Source of the DNA: Lingula anatina
Lineage: Eukaryota > Animalia > Brachiopoda
Length of the DNA stretch: 64,000 nt
Direction of reading: 5' to 3'
Assembly: GCA_051362555.1 (NCBI GenBank)
Contig: CM120640.1
Span: 37,777,967-37,841,966, forward strand
Below, one piece after another: positions 1 to 13,287 of the stretch. The translations under genes were made by a program, and so were the position numbers. The notes below the pieces were generated by a model. That model was not told the origin of the DNA, did no database searches, and saw nothing but the letters and a program-made list of their open reading frames with translations. How positions within the stretch are numbered: the stretch's first letter is position 1; each line of letters begins with the position of its first letter.

Positions 1-3000
1 AACCACAACCACAAGTACCGCCACCAGGACAAGAACCCCCAACACACCTCCTGCTACAGCGCCACCATTTGTACCTGTGACACGGACATTACATTACATT
101 ATAGCAAGGGAAAACACCCTACATGCAGTTGGAAACTTACACCGTTTAAATAAAACCATTAAAAAAAATAAGGAAAAATTAAGCTTTGAGTCTAAAACAT
201 GAAGGACTTTATTCTTAAACTGTGTAGCACGATGGCCACACAGAATTCCCGAGGGTACATGTAGCTATGACAGTGACGTTGTGATACCTTTTTCGTCCGT
301 TGTTGCCCAAATTGCATCACTATATTCGCCATAGCCGACAGCAGTTTTGCAGCGGATCTAAAATGACAAACGCTAACGGTGGGGGAAAACAGTATATAGG
401 AGCATAAGGGTTACAGTGCAAAACCGCATGAACTTGTCGTTATTTGTTTCATTAAACACACATAAAGCGATACTTTCGTCATTAAAATATCTTGGATGAG
501 GGTATGAAGTATACTTACTCGAAGCAAGTACGTGGTCTTGAACCGCAAATTGCCAATAGTTATACTAGTAATGTCTGCAGTAGTCACCGTCTCATTCCAC
601 AGACTGGACTGTTCAGTGCACGAACGTCATCTCGTAACTGACGATAACGCCACCTGGAGGGAACGGCGCACGCCATGTTATCTCTATAAAGCTGTCTCCA
701 GTAGATGTCACCTCTGGTGCTTCCATCTTTGGTGGAACTGTAACACCCAATAAATTGTATTATGTAAACTCACCAACAAAGCTTATCCATAATAAAACCT
801 CCTGCATATGGCTCATTTACAATAAATAGGGTAAGAAAATTTAAAAGAAGTCCTTACCCCCTTCAGGTGTTGTATGAGTCACTGTCACTGGTGGCCCTGG
901 CAATTTTAAGTTGTTAAACGCTGTCAGGTAGATGGTGTATTTACTATATGCCATGAGGTTGGTAATAGTAATCGACTGTGTTTCGTTGACATGCAGCACT
1001 CCCATCGTGCCACTGTCATGGTATTTTCCCTCAAATCGAACAGTCAAATTTGCAAACCCATCGCATCTATGGATATCTTGGTTCATCCCCTAAAATCAAT
1101 GAATTCTTTTGATTTCTTTTGAAAAAGAATAGACAGGTTAAATCCAACGATATAAGCTTAAAATACAGCAGATTTGGGCCTCGGTTATACAATGGACCAT
1201 AAAACTTGCATAGTTACTTCTTCTATCCGTCGTTTAATTTAAAGATAATCACACATTTATTTCCCTGAGTCACTAAGGCTGTATTCCCAGAACTTTTAGA
1301 TCGATCTATCCCCGCGGGGAGTCTCACTAGATTACTGTCAGATAATTCGGCTTAAAAGTCCGTCCCGCCTATTACAAGCTGTAAGGGGGTAATTAACTTT
1401 CGTGTCCGCTCGGCTGACAGCTATTTAGCGTGAACCCCCAGGGAGTTAGGTCGCTCTAAAGTAGATCGATCTAATCTCTGGAAATGGGGTCTAAGCCGTG
1501 GGTAACGCTCTCTGGGATGTTCTCAAACTCGTGTCTTCACGCGAATATATTTTTAAAATAACTCTGCACCCAAGTGCATTGAGAACATCTCTCAGAGAAG
1601 CACGAACTCCGCTTTGTTACATGTACTACATTCACTTAACGATATACGTGTATGACACAGTGTATTAATGTGGTGTACGCACCGTTGTGTTTATCTGTAT
1701 TTTAGTTGATCTTTTTGACGGGGCAAGAAAAGATTCGACGTTTGGTTTCGGTGGTGTCACAGGTTCTGAAAAATGATAAAAAAAATTTGAAATGTCTAAA
1801 CCAATATATAAAAGCCTGTGGTATTTTCGTATATAATTCTTATATAACAAATGACCTTATTTATCGCAAACAAAAAGGCAAGCCAATCGCGGGGACAATA
1901 TCATAATTACCTCCACATGTTCTTGCAGTGGTTGGTGAGCTAGGAAAACCCTGATATCCTGCATTACTCTTGATAGTTACAGTGACATTATATTCTGTGT
2001 ACTGAGAAAGATTTGTGATATTAGTTGTATGGTTTGCTGCTGATACTGTTACGTTGATGGGAAGGTCATTCTGCCGCCAAAATCTAATGACGTAGCTGTG
2101 AACACTATAGTATATACCATCCCCTGATTGGGTCGGCGGTGACCACTTTTGCCACCTTATGGTGAGTGAATTGTTTGTCCTATTGACCAATTCTGGTGCT
2201 GTGGCTAAATAAGGGAGTGAAGATGTTTCTGCAAAATAAAATAAAATAAAATAAAACAATAATTAGAGAGCAAAAATAAAAATATTTTTTGGAATTTAAT
2301 TCACAATGATATTTCAATATAGTCTTTTATGCTGCGTTAGAGTATAGCATACGTTATGGAAGGCTAGATGGCAGTGCAATGAAATCCTTTATCTCAACTT
2401 AGAGTGTTAGATAATTGTGCACAAAAATTTAAAAAAAAGGAAATGCGTAGTTTCCTGAGATACTGCCTTTTACATACCGACTTGACATGTCCCATGATGT
2501 CCCTGCCAACCTTCAGCACAGCCAGATGTACAGACTCCATACACGGGATGACACTGTTCATTGGTATCCCTACAGTTACAACGGTTTCTACATTCAGGAC
2601 CTAGGTTTTTATTCGCACACTCTGAAATGAAATACATCGCAACTTATCAGTATAAATCTTGTTACTCTATCAGCAGTATTGGTGTTATCAAATTTAACAA
2701 ACAGCACCATCTAGATGATATTTTGAGACAATTACGTGTCCAACGGAATAAAAAAAAGTTTTCTATCAAATCCCGGCCCTTGTATACAAACTTAAACTGA
2801 GGCGAATTTTGCATTAACATTTGAACCATAATACAAACATCGACATGCATTTCGTAAGTAGCTTCAACAGATTTGACATTTCTATAGAATATAATGACAA
2901 TACTAGTAAGGACAACGAATGTGCACTTAATGCTTAAAAATATCTAAGTGGTTGGATATTTACCTTCATATTTATACCCTTTTATAGTAACTTCACAGAG

Positions 3001-5226
3001 TATTAAAGGGGCGGTGTACTGCAGCTGGACAATCAGGACTTGACCAATATACGGAACTTGACATGACAACTCTATACTTCCACCTCGAGGCACTTGGGGA
3101 CCATATAATGCACATACGCCTCTGCTGTTGGTTTCTGTGCTGTTACGTACGAAAACTTTTATATCACGTAAATTCTTGCCGGCTGAAAGGTTAAACAGAA
3201 TTATACTACTCAAAAGAAGTTGGGGAACACTTGAAAAAGCATTAATTACGGTACAAAAGAACGTTTATTGTCCAATAGCTAAAAACGTAAAAATAATAAT
3301 TGTCCATCATTGATCGTGCATTATGTTTGGACTTAACTTTCAAGTGTTATAATACAAAGGAAGATGGGTCCAAATTAAATTCAAAGCTTTATGAGTATTT
3401 TTCAGTATCATGTGTGTCCGCCTTTTGAAACCACGGCTTTCCATCGAGTATTTCTGAATGTCTGGTAAGACTGGTGTGGAATGCAATTGCCATCTTTGAT
3501 GAGTTACTAAACTCAGTGAAGGCAACTGTTGTTCATTCTAGTCTTGTCCAACGTCTGTTAAATCACCTGCACACGTATCGGGCTATTTGTCACGCTCAAG
3601 AGGTTGGCAATTATAGAAAATGTTACAAGCGTCATCTTAAAGCTCCTACAGTGTATTCACATCTCCTAGTAATACACAGAATGCTACAAATGTTTCAATA
3701 TTTTGATGCACTACGTTCCACCGTTTTATCCCTTTTACACGAGCATTTTTTCTCAATTTTGCCCTTGCTAATTTATTTATCTAGACCTATATATCGATAC
3801 TCATGTTTTTCATGATTCATTCTTCAATCTACAAGATTACATGTTTGAATGTTAGGTTATTCAGTAACATTGAGTGCATGTGGATGAGAGGTTGGTGAAT
3901 GGATCGCCGACGGTAAATTTACGTTGCACATGCACAGATTACATTTGGGGTATGGTATTCATCATAAGTTCATAAAATTACAACGAAATGTGAGCATGAG
4001 AGAAAGAATGTGTCTGGCGACGAGGTGAACGAGTTGGTTATTTCACAACCGTGCATTTATGTGTATGGCACTACCAGTGGGCACATGATAAAAACATACC
4101 AAGACATATACTTACAGTCAACACCACTGCCTGTGTTAAATAACGTAACACTGTATACCACGTACTTCTGGCCCAGGTCTACCCGCCACCAGGGGTATGA
4201 TGTTACCTTCGTGTGAGTACATGACCCACCACCGAAATATGCGGTAACATCTCTATCTATAGCACGACTTGCAACTCTACCATAGACCACACTGGTTTGA
4301 TTCGCTGTTTTTCCAAGGGCGACATTGTCTGAAATAGGCCATTTGATCTACACGTGGTTTCGTCTTCGGTACGTTTGTTTTGACTCTTTACTAACATATA
4401 TACCCGTTAGCATAATAACAATCATCAGATATACAATTTCAGAGCGTAACGTTGCTGCAGAAACTTTTTATGAATCTTTCAACGGTGCACAAAATTTAAT
4501 CAGTAAGCTGATCATTATACAAAAACATAAGAGTTTAATGTAGAAAATGTTAATAAACTACAAATTATTCGAAAACATTCCTCTGCAAAGTTAATATGCG
4601 TCTCTTCTAAACAAAGTCAACTTACAGGGATACGTGTAGCCTCTAACGATCATTTCACACAACCGTATTACTTGATCTCCAATTTTTCGTAACGTGACGT
4701 AGCGTGCCAAGATTGGTGGATCTATCTCGTACTCTAACACTGCAGTTGAACAGTACGGATCATTAGGAACAGATACATCTCTGCATCCAGTCCATGATGC
4801 TGTGTTGTTGTTAATGCAGAGCCTGACATTACGGAATTGACCGGAATTTTAATTGAGTTACTACTAGTAAATCGTGAGGATATTATCTCGACAGACACGT
4901 AATTGGTTGTGCAAAATTTAACCCTTGTTAAAATGAGTAAAAATTTGTGAAAAGGGTCGTCGCAAAAGCAGGTTAAATCTTACAAATTTCAAACTTACAT
5001 TTGTCAGTACGTGTAGTAGGTTTTATTAATAGGACTCTACGAACAACACATAAGCCCCCCAGGTCCACGCTCCAGGTTGGATCGTTGTCGAGGTTCGTTC
5101 TTGTACATTTCAGGTTATGTGTGCTGTTGTCTCCATCCACTGCAAAAGATGCTGGGTAACTCAGACCATATCCACTCGAGGTACTTGACTGTGTGGCTGG
5201 TTTTCTAAGGGCTAAGTTGACCAATT
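1..5226 (-). CDS. Single-pass receptor ectodomain: 2x F-type lectin (FTP/FA58C-like), laminin-type EGF, 3x fibronectin type III, TM. Resembles invertebrate receptor tyrosine phosphatase/kinase-like proteins; partial and possibly pseudogenised
   Basis: Exons in transcription order: 4999-5226 (LVNLALRKPATQSS...AVDG...WSVDLG), 4626-4841 (...RYVTLRK...LCEMIVRGY), 4116-4328 (NVALGKTANQTS...CTHT...PWWRVDLG), 2964-3182 (...LILCEVTIKGY), 2478-2621 (CANKNLGPECRNRCNC...CTSGCAEGWQG), 1911-2228 (FN3, LTIRW...NLSQYTEYNV), 1683-1765, 858-1089 (NLMAYSKYTIYLTAFN), 519-737 (IEITW...NLRFKTTY), 288-357 (IRCKTAVGYGEYS), 1-74 (GAVAGGVLGVLVLVAVLVVVV, TM). Junctions are GT-AG and phase-compatible except for two lesions (see findings). 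The signal-peptide exon was not found and the cytoplasmic part lies outside the window, so phosphatase/kinase identity is inference. Confidence 0.8.
1277..1491. mobile_element. Degenerate MITE, PIF/Harbinger-like
   Basis: Imperfect terminal inverted repeats: GGCTGTATTCCCAGAACTTTTAGATCGATCTA versus reverse-complemented right end GACCCCATTTCCAGAGATTAGATCGATCTA. TAA flanks both sides (1274-1276, 1492-1494), and a TAA TSD is typical of PIF/Harbinger. Confidence 0.5.
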
Positions 5227-6002
5227 CTAGAATAAAAATTACAATAATATTCAGGAATGAAACTGTTTGGCAATATGCACCTAATACACATACATATATA
5301 ATAAAGATGTGAAAATAATGTTCGGGACTTATAATACACATTGTAAAGGAATCTTTTTGAAATGAGTGTTTGCACAGGAACTGCACTGCACTGCACTATA
5401 ATAGATGATCCGTTTATGACGTAATTTAAAATACATTCGACCAAAAAAGTTCGGAAACATCGTTATTCAGAATAGTTATAAAATAACCATATAAGCTAAG
5501 GTAAATATTTTAACCAAATATTGATGGATAATGCACCCACCATTCGTTACTTTTAATTTTTTTTGCAAGGATTTGGATAACAGCGATATTCATGATTGAG
5601 GTATCAAATTTCATTTTCATTAGTTATGCAAATGGAGTGAAAAAGTTTGAGCAAGTCTTGACTATTAACAGTGGTACTGATTCTGATCAACCTCAATACT
5701 TTATTTTAACTGTAGCCTACATACTGTTTGCCAAATATCTTCACTGTTATGTTATGTTAACAAAAGAGCATTTCAATTCTCGCAGAATGACAGATTAACA
5801 CAGCACAAAAAAAAAATCAATTTTCAGCTTCTTTTCACTTGAGAAAATGACTCTCGATATTTTCTTTACAAGCCTTTTCAGTCGTGTAAAGCCCAATCGG
5901 AAAGGTCAGAGACTATACGGGTTTACGACCCTTTTATGCCTCAGCTGAAAATTGGAGTAGCACTATTATTACGTCATTCCGACTAAGTACAGACGTCTAT
6001 AC

Positions 6003-6330
6003 ACAACGCCTTTATAACCCTTTTCCGATCAGGTAAATGCTTTTTAAGTACAACATTATTATAACCCTTTCCCCGACCAAATAAAGGCGATCGTAGTTCC
6101 GTCTTTACAACCCTTTTCTGATCAAGTGAATGCGATTTTAGGTACAACGTCATTATAATAACCTTTTCTGATCAAATAAAGGCGATTGCAGTTACGTCTT
6201 TATAACATTTTTCCGACCAAGTAAAGGCGGTTTTAGGTACGTCTTTTATTTTCCTTTTCCTATCAAAAAAGGCGATTTTATGTACGTCTTTCTTTCCTTT
6301 TTCCTATCACATGAGGCAATTATAGCTATT
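6003..6330. repeat. Degenerate minisatellite, ~45-47 bp unit, about 7 copies
   Basis: Recurring unit approximating CGTCTTTATAACCCTTTTCCGATCAAGTAAAGGCGATTTTAGGTA, with weaker copies back to ~5865. Confidence 0.8.
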
Positions 6331-8093
6331 TCAATGAGTACTGTGCTTAAACAAAGGACATTGCCCTCGGTTAAGCCGCCTTTACACTGGGCGGCGTCCC
6401 TTCTGCGATCAAAAATCTACCCGGTCACCCTGGTCATCCAATTAAGAACATCTCCAGAAAACGAAACATATAATTGGGAATAAACTCCCTTTTTAAACTT
6501 CAGTAATGCAAGGTCTGCATGGACTGATAATAAGCCAGATGATCATTGTTGTCTTTATAAGACGGATGGACAGACGCAGAAGACGAGAAAGGCTGACGAC
6601 GCAGCATAGAATTTTGGAATCCGTTTTAAAAGACGCATTCTGCGAAAACTGGGAAAAGAACTGCATCTTTAAAAAAAGCAAAATGTACGTTCTATAATTA
6701 CCTCCAAAAATGGATCGCTTCAAGAATTTAAGGAAAGAAATAGCAAGTGGCGGCTGGTATGAGATCACCAGTAGCTGTTACCCAAAGATTTCCTGTGTCT
6801 GGTGAAAATTATCCTAGTGCAACCCCGTTTGAGAGTAAAAAATACTTTACGTGTCCACAACTGGCCGATAATTGAGCATTCATTCTGCAACCAAAGAAAT
6901 GTTTGTTCCTCCTTTCCACGACCACATCTACGAGGGGTTTCCCGCTCAATTGCTTTTAGCTTAAGCAGCTTCGATGTCTGGCACACCTACTGAAGCTGCT
7001 AAAGTATAGTTAATTACCCCCTAGCAGCTATGTGTGGTACAATTAAAACTAGACTGAATTTTCGAATTAGTTCTAAATAACGTTATTCTATTTTCAGAAG
7101 TAGCCGATGATACCACTACGGGGTTTAACTTCAAATACTGAATATTCTTATGTTTTGTGATTTATTTCTCAAATTTCATGCCCAATCCTACCTAACCAGG
7201 TGAAAGTTTGACATTTATATGAGAAACGGCAATTTAGTGTTAATTAGTTACATGTAGTTATAAGTAAATTGTTCAACATATTTTTTCTGTATAGTACGCT
7301 GGTTTAGTATTCTAAAACATAATCAATGCTCTTTTAATGATCGACACTTGACATGAATATAATTTTGAAAACTTTCATTTCGTCTCCGAAAACTCATAAT
7401 CATGTGTTTAAAGCAAAAAAAGGAGGTTTATTGGAAAGTGTACCAAAATAAAGTAAGCGCTGTCGTTGATGCATAGCAGTATTTACAGTAGTTATTGAAC
7501 ATACAGGTAAATTTTAAATAGAATAAATTAACATACTCTTTGCTAGATGATATTACTTTGACAGGATTTCTAGTCTAATGAAAATGAAAGCAGACTATAG
7601 TAGACGGATCTAGTGGTATGTGGTATAATAAAACACCATTTGTTTTGTATTAAAGATGAGCTAGCACAACGCGCCATATCGACATATAAAGAAGAGATTT
7701 CTTTGAAATAGAGCATGAAGATTCCTGGGAATATTCCACCTGTCTCTCTTGGCATAAATGGATATTTAAGCACCCCTGCCACTGGACAGTAGCCAAAACA
7801 CAGCCGTAGCTTGGGAAAACAATATGAAGCCACCGATAAAACCAGCAGGTAGGTCTTGCTATTAATCTAGAAGAACATCGCTATGCGGATGGGACAACAG
7901 TACAAAGGAGAGTGTCATTAATTGTATATGTAATTGTGCGTGACAAGTAATTGTCTAAATTGTTACGCCATGCTGTATCTTCTTTGAAATATAAATTGAC
8001 CAAAAGGTAAGCGTAACAATAAAAACTGAATTTGTTGATTTGATCTCTGAATTATCACTTGACAGTTGTTTTTATTTCATTAATCACATTTAA

Positions 8094-8405
8094 AGGTACA
8101 CTCCATGGGTTTGTAAATCTCCAAATTGCTTATTTTTGTCATCCACAACTTGCATAACCTTACATCTTAAAATGATTTAACTCTTAAATTTTGTTTCTGG
8201 AGCATACCTGATGTTGATATTTCCATTGGAGCTTATAGGAAAATAGTCGCTGTTAAATGACTAAAGCTAAAATCAGCCATTATAATTTTTTTCAAGAGTC
8301 AAACCCCACTACAGAGAGGGATAGATAAGTTATTATTTAGTACACAAACGTTGTTTATTTTCCCGGGAAAATCCATGTGACAGGTATAACATATAGAGTG
8401 TACTT
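8094..8405. mobile_element. MITE with TTAA target duplication (Kolobok-like)
   Basis: TTAA|AGGTACACTC ... GAGTGTACTT|TTAA (TTAA at 8090-8093 and 8406-8409). Purine-purine termini with a TTAA TSD match Kolobok non-autonomous elements. The TIR is short and imperfect. Confidence 0.55.
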
Positions 8406-11400
8406 TTAACACAACTTACGATTAAGAAAAGTAAAGAAACTGATAAAGATATCGCAAATATGTATATCATTCTTGTCAATTAAGAACATGCAGCTACTCA
8501 AACATAATTTTCCACAATAATTTTCATAGTAGTAAACAAAATGGCCATACAATCCAAAGCACGCCACCAAATGTCATAAAATTTATACACAATTAGCACC
8601 AGAATGTGTCCTGAAAATGTCACGTGTCTGTTTACGCGTGCATCTCCGGCGTCTAGCAATTATCTCCTGTAGGCGTATGTTTAAAACCATCTAGCTATAT
8701 TTTGTTGAAAGTGGAGAATACTGCTAAGTGCGGACGGTGCTTCTTCTTCATCCATCTTTGTGTCATTGCGCTCTACCTGTTAAATGGTAACTTGTGTGTC
8801 TTGTAATTGTGTCATCATGATACAAGGTTTCACAGCAATGTTGTACAATGTTTGAGCCTTGTTTAAGCGTTCCTGTTTCGAGACCACCGGTGGAACCAGA
8901 GTCTTGAGAAAAGAGACAGGAGCAAAAGGAGTTAGCTACATCCCGATTCAACGATACAACGGATATTGATCATAGCATTGTGATGTATCGTTTTTTGAAA
9001 AACTTAAAATCAAGGGCCATTTTGAAAGGTAGGTACAGTACATGTAGTTTTTAAAAAATATTTTCACAAGAAGGCAGGTCCGTCCTTTTGTTTTTAAAAC
9101 GAATAAAGTGGCCGCCTTTCCACATTTCCCTCCACCTAAAATTCATCATAAATTCATTTTAATTGTTAAATAGTGTTGGCTTACCCAGGTGTTCTCATTT
9201 TGACAGCTAAGTACCACTATTTTCTTTTAAAACCAAATTGCAACAATCCAGAGTAGTCTAGTTAGTCATTCAGTTAGCCGCCAACAGTCGTCACAAATAG
9301 AAAGGTAGTTAGTCTGTCTGTCTGTATTTGCCATTCTTTTTCAAATTCGGTTGAACTGAGTTGTAAGGCGATTTAAAATGCCAATCACTATCTGAAAACC
9401 TAAACATTGTATTCATCTAATGTAAGGTAAACCAAGACTGCATTGAACTAAGAAAGAACCTATAACAAGACATCTAGTGTCTTGATTAATTGTTAATCTT
9501 TGCAATGAATGCTATTCTTACCTACTTCTAAATAAATGTTTATCTCCGTGGAATTCTATCGTGTGAGATTATACGATGGGAGACAATTGGAGAAGACGAA
9601 CAGTATCCGTGAAACATCTGCAAAAAAAGCCATCTCTTTCTGTTGGATGTCAGAATGGAGCTTGTAAATAATGGACAGTCACCCCATGCATTTGTTTTTA
9701 TCTTAAACTTTACCTTACAAAAACTGTCGGGCGGTTATTTATCACCACCTTTTGAAGATTCATAGACCTTTTGAAAAAGCAGTTAAGTAATCGATGCGCT
9801 AAATTTACAATTTCGGAATGTCTATAGAACGTTAGATTTTACATTTAACTTTTGGGGTAGTCCCCCCTTCCGTTCTGTTGTCTAATGCTTTGTAAAAACA
9901 TTAGTCGACCTCTGGCAAAATGAGAAGTTTGGAGCAATTTAGTTGGCAAGAAACTGTTAGCAGGTTGCTGCAAGAGATCTACAGTTTGCAGCAAGTTTGC
10001 AAGAAGTCTTCCTATCCTTCCAAATCAAAACAGTACCTCATTTGAAAGGTAAATTTCCTCTTGCAATTTCGCGGCAGCAATTTATTTTTGCTATGAGTAA
10101 ATAACGTGTAAAAACATAATATCTAATATCTTCGTAACCAATTTTTTTTGTTAATACAAACACCCATCAATAACCCATTAACCTTGACAAACTTTCTAAC
10201 AAAAATCGTCAATATTTTAATGCGAGCAGGACGATTTATGTCCATTTTCTATAGATGAGGTTAATTTGAGTGACAGCCGAAGAGATAACTACAGGATATT
10301 ATTTCGGAAGAGAATGCAAGAAGATTAAGAGAGATAAGATAAAAACAAGGAAGTGAATATTTCACAAGAGTAATCAATTCAACAGCAAACATGATTCGAA
10401 TTGTTTCTCGATGTCAGCCACCCCAGTAAAAGCAGGTCGTGGTGAATTATGACTTATTTATATACCCGATATACCTGTTAGGGTATCCCTCAGCGGCTGA
10501 GTTATCCCCCCCCCCCCCCAAAAAAAAAATGCCTTTTCTCTGTGCCCTACGTATTGTATTAAAATTGCCCAACGCCAGAGACCACATTGGAAAAGAACTA
10601 AATACATAGAACAGAGGCAAACTGTACAAGTCAAAATTGTATGCAATCACTCTGCTTTGATGTTACACAGTAGGCCTATGTCGAACACCAAGCTACCTTT
10701 TTTAGTACAAAGGTTTGTTAGCTGCTTTTGGAGACAGGATGGAAACTCTAAACGGCAAGAATTTATAGAAGTTGATTTCGTGCACAGATTGAACACATGC
10801 CTTCTCTCAAGGTATTACCTTTATATATCAATTAGGACATTTTGAGGACGTCAGGTACATAATCTCCGTGCCATTAATCAAATATTTTGAAATGGATCGG
10901 GTTGCCGAAAGATACAGTGGTTAGTTAAAGCTAGAGTCAGTTGATGAGATTGTGGAAGTCTTTATGTTTTTCTTATAGATAAAAAGTGGAAAGTCTACCA
11001 GTGCCCCAACCGTCTCGTGCACGAATGGTAATTTGGGCTGAATTTTGTAAGCTGTTTGGTTGTTGAATCTTGATGGTCTTTCTGAACCTTTGTACAAACC
11101 AGACATTTACATTGCTTTGTACAAAGATTAAAACGTGCTGCTGATGAATAAGATTGGAATATCAAAATTGATTTACATTAACATGAACTGCTGACATATT
11201 TACATGTATAAATTGCCATTTGCCTGGCATGAGCTATAAACATGTGTATGTGCATATGCAGTATTTATTTTCCGGGTACCCTTCTCCACCATTATGTAAT
11301 CAATGTATAAACTTTCATAGTCACCGTGGAAATATTGAAATTTAAGTGAAAACGTTATTAATTTAAAATTATGTGTAAATCCTACTCTCTATTCAAGGGA

Positions 11401-13287
11401 ACACGACACGCCCTGAGACACACAGAACATTACCACATGTACGCACCTCAGCTAATAAAACGTGATAATAGGGAGTATGGATACTTTTCTCGATACTCAG
11501 GATTCCCAAATGTTTGGTGTTAACTGTTATCAATAAGACTGGAATACCAAAAGCCATTCAACTCGCCACAAGCGGGTACATGCCAATCACTTCCAGAACC
11601 AGAACCACTTTGAACATGAAAGAACGTAGAATATATTCACCCTGATGTTTTCAGAGACCACAATGCACCGTACAGCAAACTACTTAGGTCCGCGTCTAAT
11701 ACTTTACCGTTAAATGCAATGGCAAAGTCTGTATTAATTACAGCACCATTGTCATGCCATGAGTAAAGGAAAAAAACATCCAGGTACCTTGAGTAATCTG
11801 CCGCACACAGCCATTTAATGTTTCTGCTGCAGGTGTGTCGGGCAGATTACGAGAGCTATACAATGGGCCGTTCTTGCATTTTATTCACTTTTATATGTTA
11901 TTAAGGCAGGAAGTAAGTAAACAGTATTTCAGTTTGTCAGTCTATTTATTGGATACTTTAAATGAATTAGCGAGATGAAGTTAATAATGGGGGTAAGTGT
12001 GTGTAGCTATTAGAGTTTTGAGTATCCGTTCATGAACATCTTACATTAGATCGATTTCAATTTTGCTGATGAGAGCTCTCGAAGACAGCTCTCCAGGTCA
12101 GAAGATGAAAGCTTTATTTTGAAGAAAGTCTATATGCAAGCAATACTCCCAGTGATGGAATGGGCTCTTTGGGATGGTTTGCACGCCCAATATTCATTAT
12201 TTGAAGTACATGTAGTCCATGATCTTTGCAAATTTCATTTTTCAGTTAAACTCTGAATAAATGCAGCTGTACCGGTAAGTTTTCCTTAGATTTTGAAGAT
12301 TTCTTATCATTTTGCTAATAATTGAATTCTAAAATATTAAAAAAATAACGCGATTCTTTGCCCAAATATGCCATTGAAAAGAAATGTACGCGCAATAATA
12401 TCACAGGTGTTATGGCTGTATACATTGTATGAACTTGGACAAAAATCTCACCAACAACAACCGAGTAATGTGCGTTATATACAGTAATACTTATATATCG
12501 TATCAACCGAGCAAAAGTGAACACGACTTAATTAGGGAACTACGTTTTGTCGCAGTAAACGCTCTCTGACATATTTAACCAAGCACGATGGTAAATAGAT
12601 CACATAACCACGAGGGTGACAATTAAGGTATTAATCAGTAATACGAGGTTTTGTCTATCATATATCATATCGCACGATGTTTTATCACCAATATAACTAT
12701 GAATTTGGCTTTACTTTCTTAATTTACACATATTGATTTCAATTCATATTTTAATACTTTATATACTTCTTAAATAAGGTGACGTCAATGAAGTCGCTCC
12801 TAGTAAATATTTTAACATGTACATATAGTTGCTATGACAAGTTGGCTTTGTTAACTCTCTTCCTTTATCTGGAGACCGTGATACCTTTTAACAGCGTGAT
12901 AAATGGCATGCTTGAATACCATAAGTTTCAAGGATGCAACACGCCAAAGTCAATGAAAGGAGCTACAGCAACATTGATACCTTGTGGATAAAAAGATACA
13001 ATGGTACAGATGTATGTCTTTTTTTTACAGCTGAACAACATTCCAACTGTCATAAAAACAGGAACTTGATATTGTAACTGCAAAGAAAGAGCCCCGTCAG
13101 TTAAGGAATAATTGCCACTGATAATTATTTTACTGGAATTGATTGCATGTCGTTTAAGTAAGGCCATGAATCATTGCCTTATTTTGAACTGTTCACACTT
13201 GTGATGAATTTAAACACATTTGGATTCGACCTTCAATGAAAAAGAAAAAACACAGTGTGTAAGCACGCTTAAAACTCAACATTTTTA

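Noticed and set aside
6003-6330. Regularly spaced repeats superficially like a CRISPR array
   Set aside because: Units are contiguous and degenerate without unique spacers. The context is eukaryotic, with no cas genes.
7570-7833. Candidate signal-peptide first exon for the lectin receptor
   Set aside because: No convincing ATG plus hydrophobic core plus phase-1 donor, so the 5' end is left unassigned.
11470-11630. Minus-strand fragment (LNG..IP...KHLGI across frames) reminiscent of a LINE reverse-transcriptase C-terminus
   Set aside because: Too short and frameshifted to support without a profile search.
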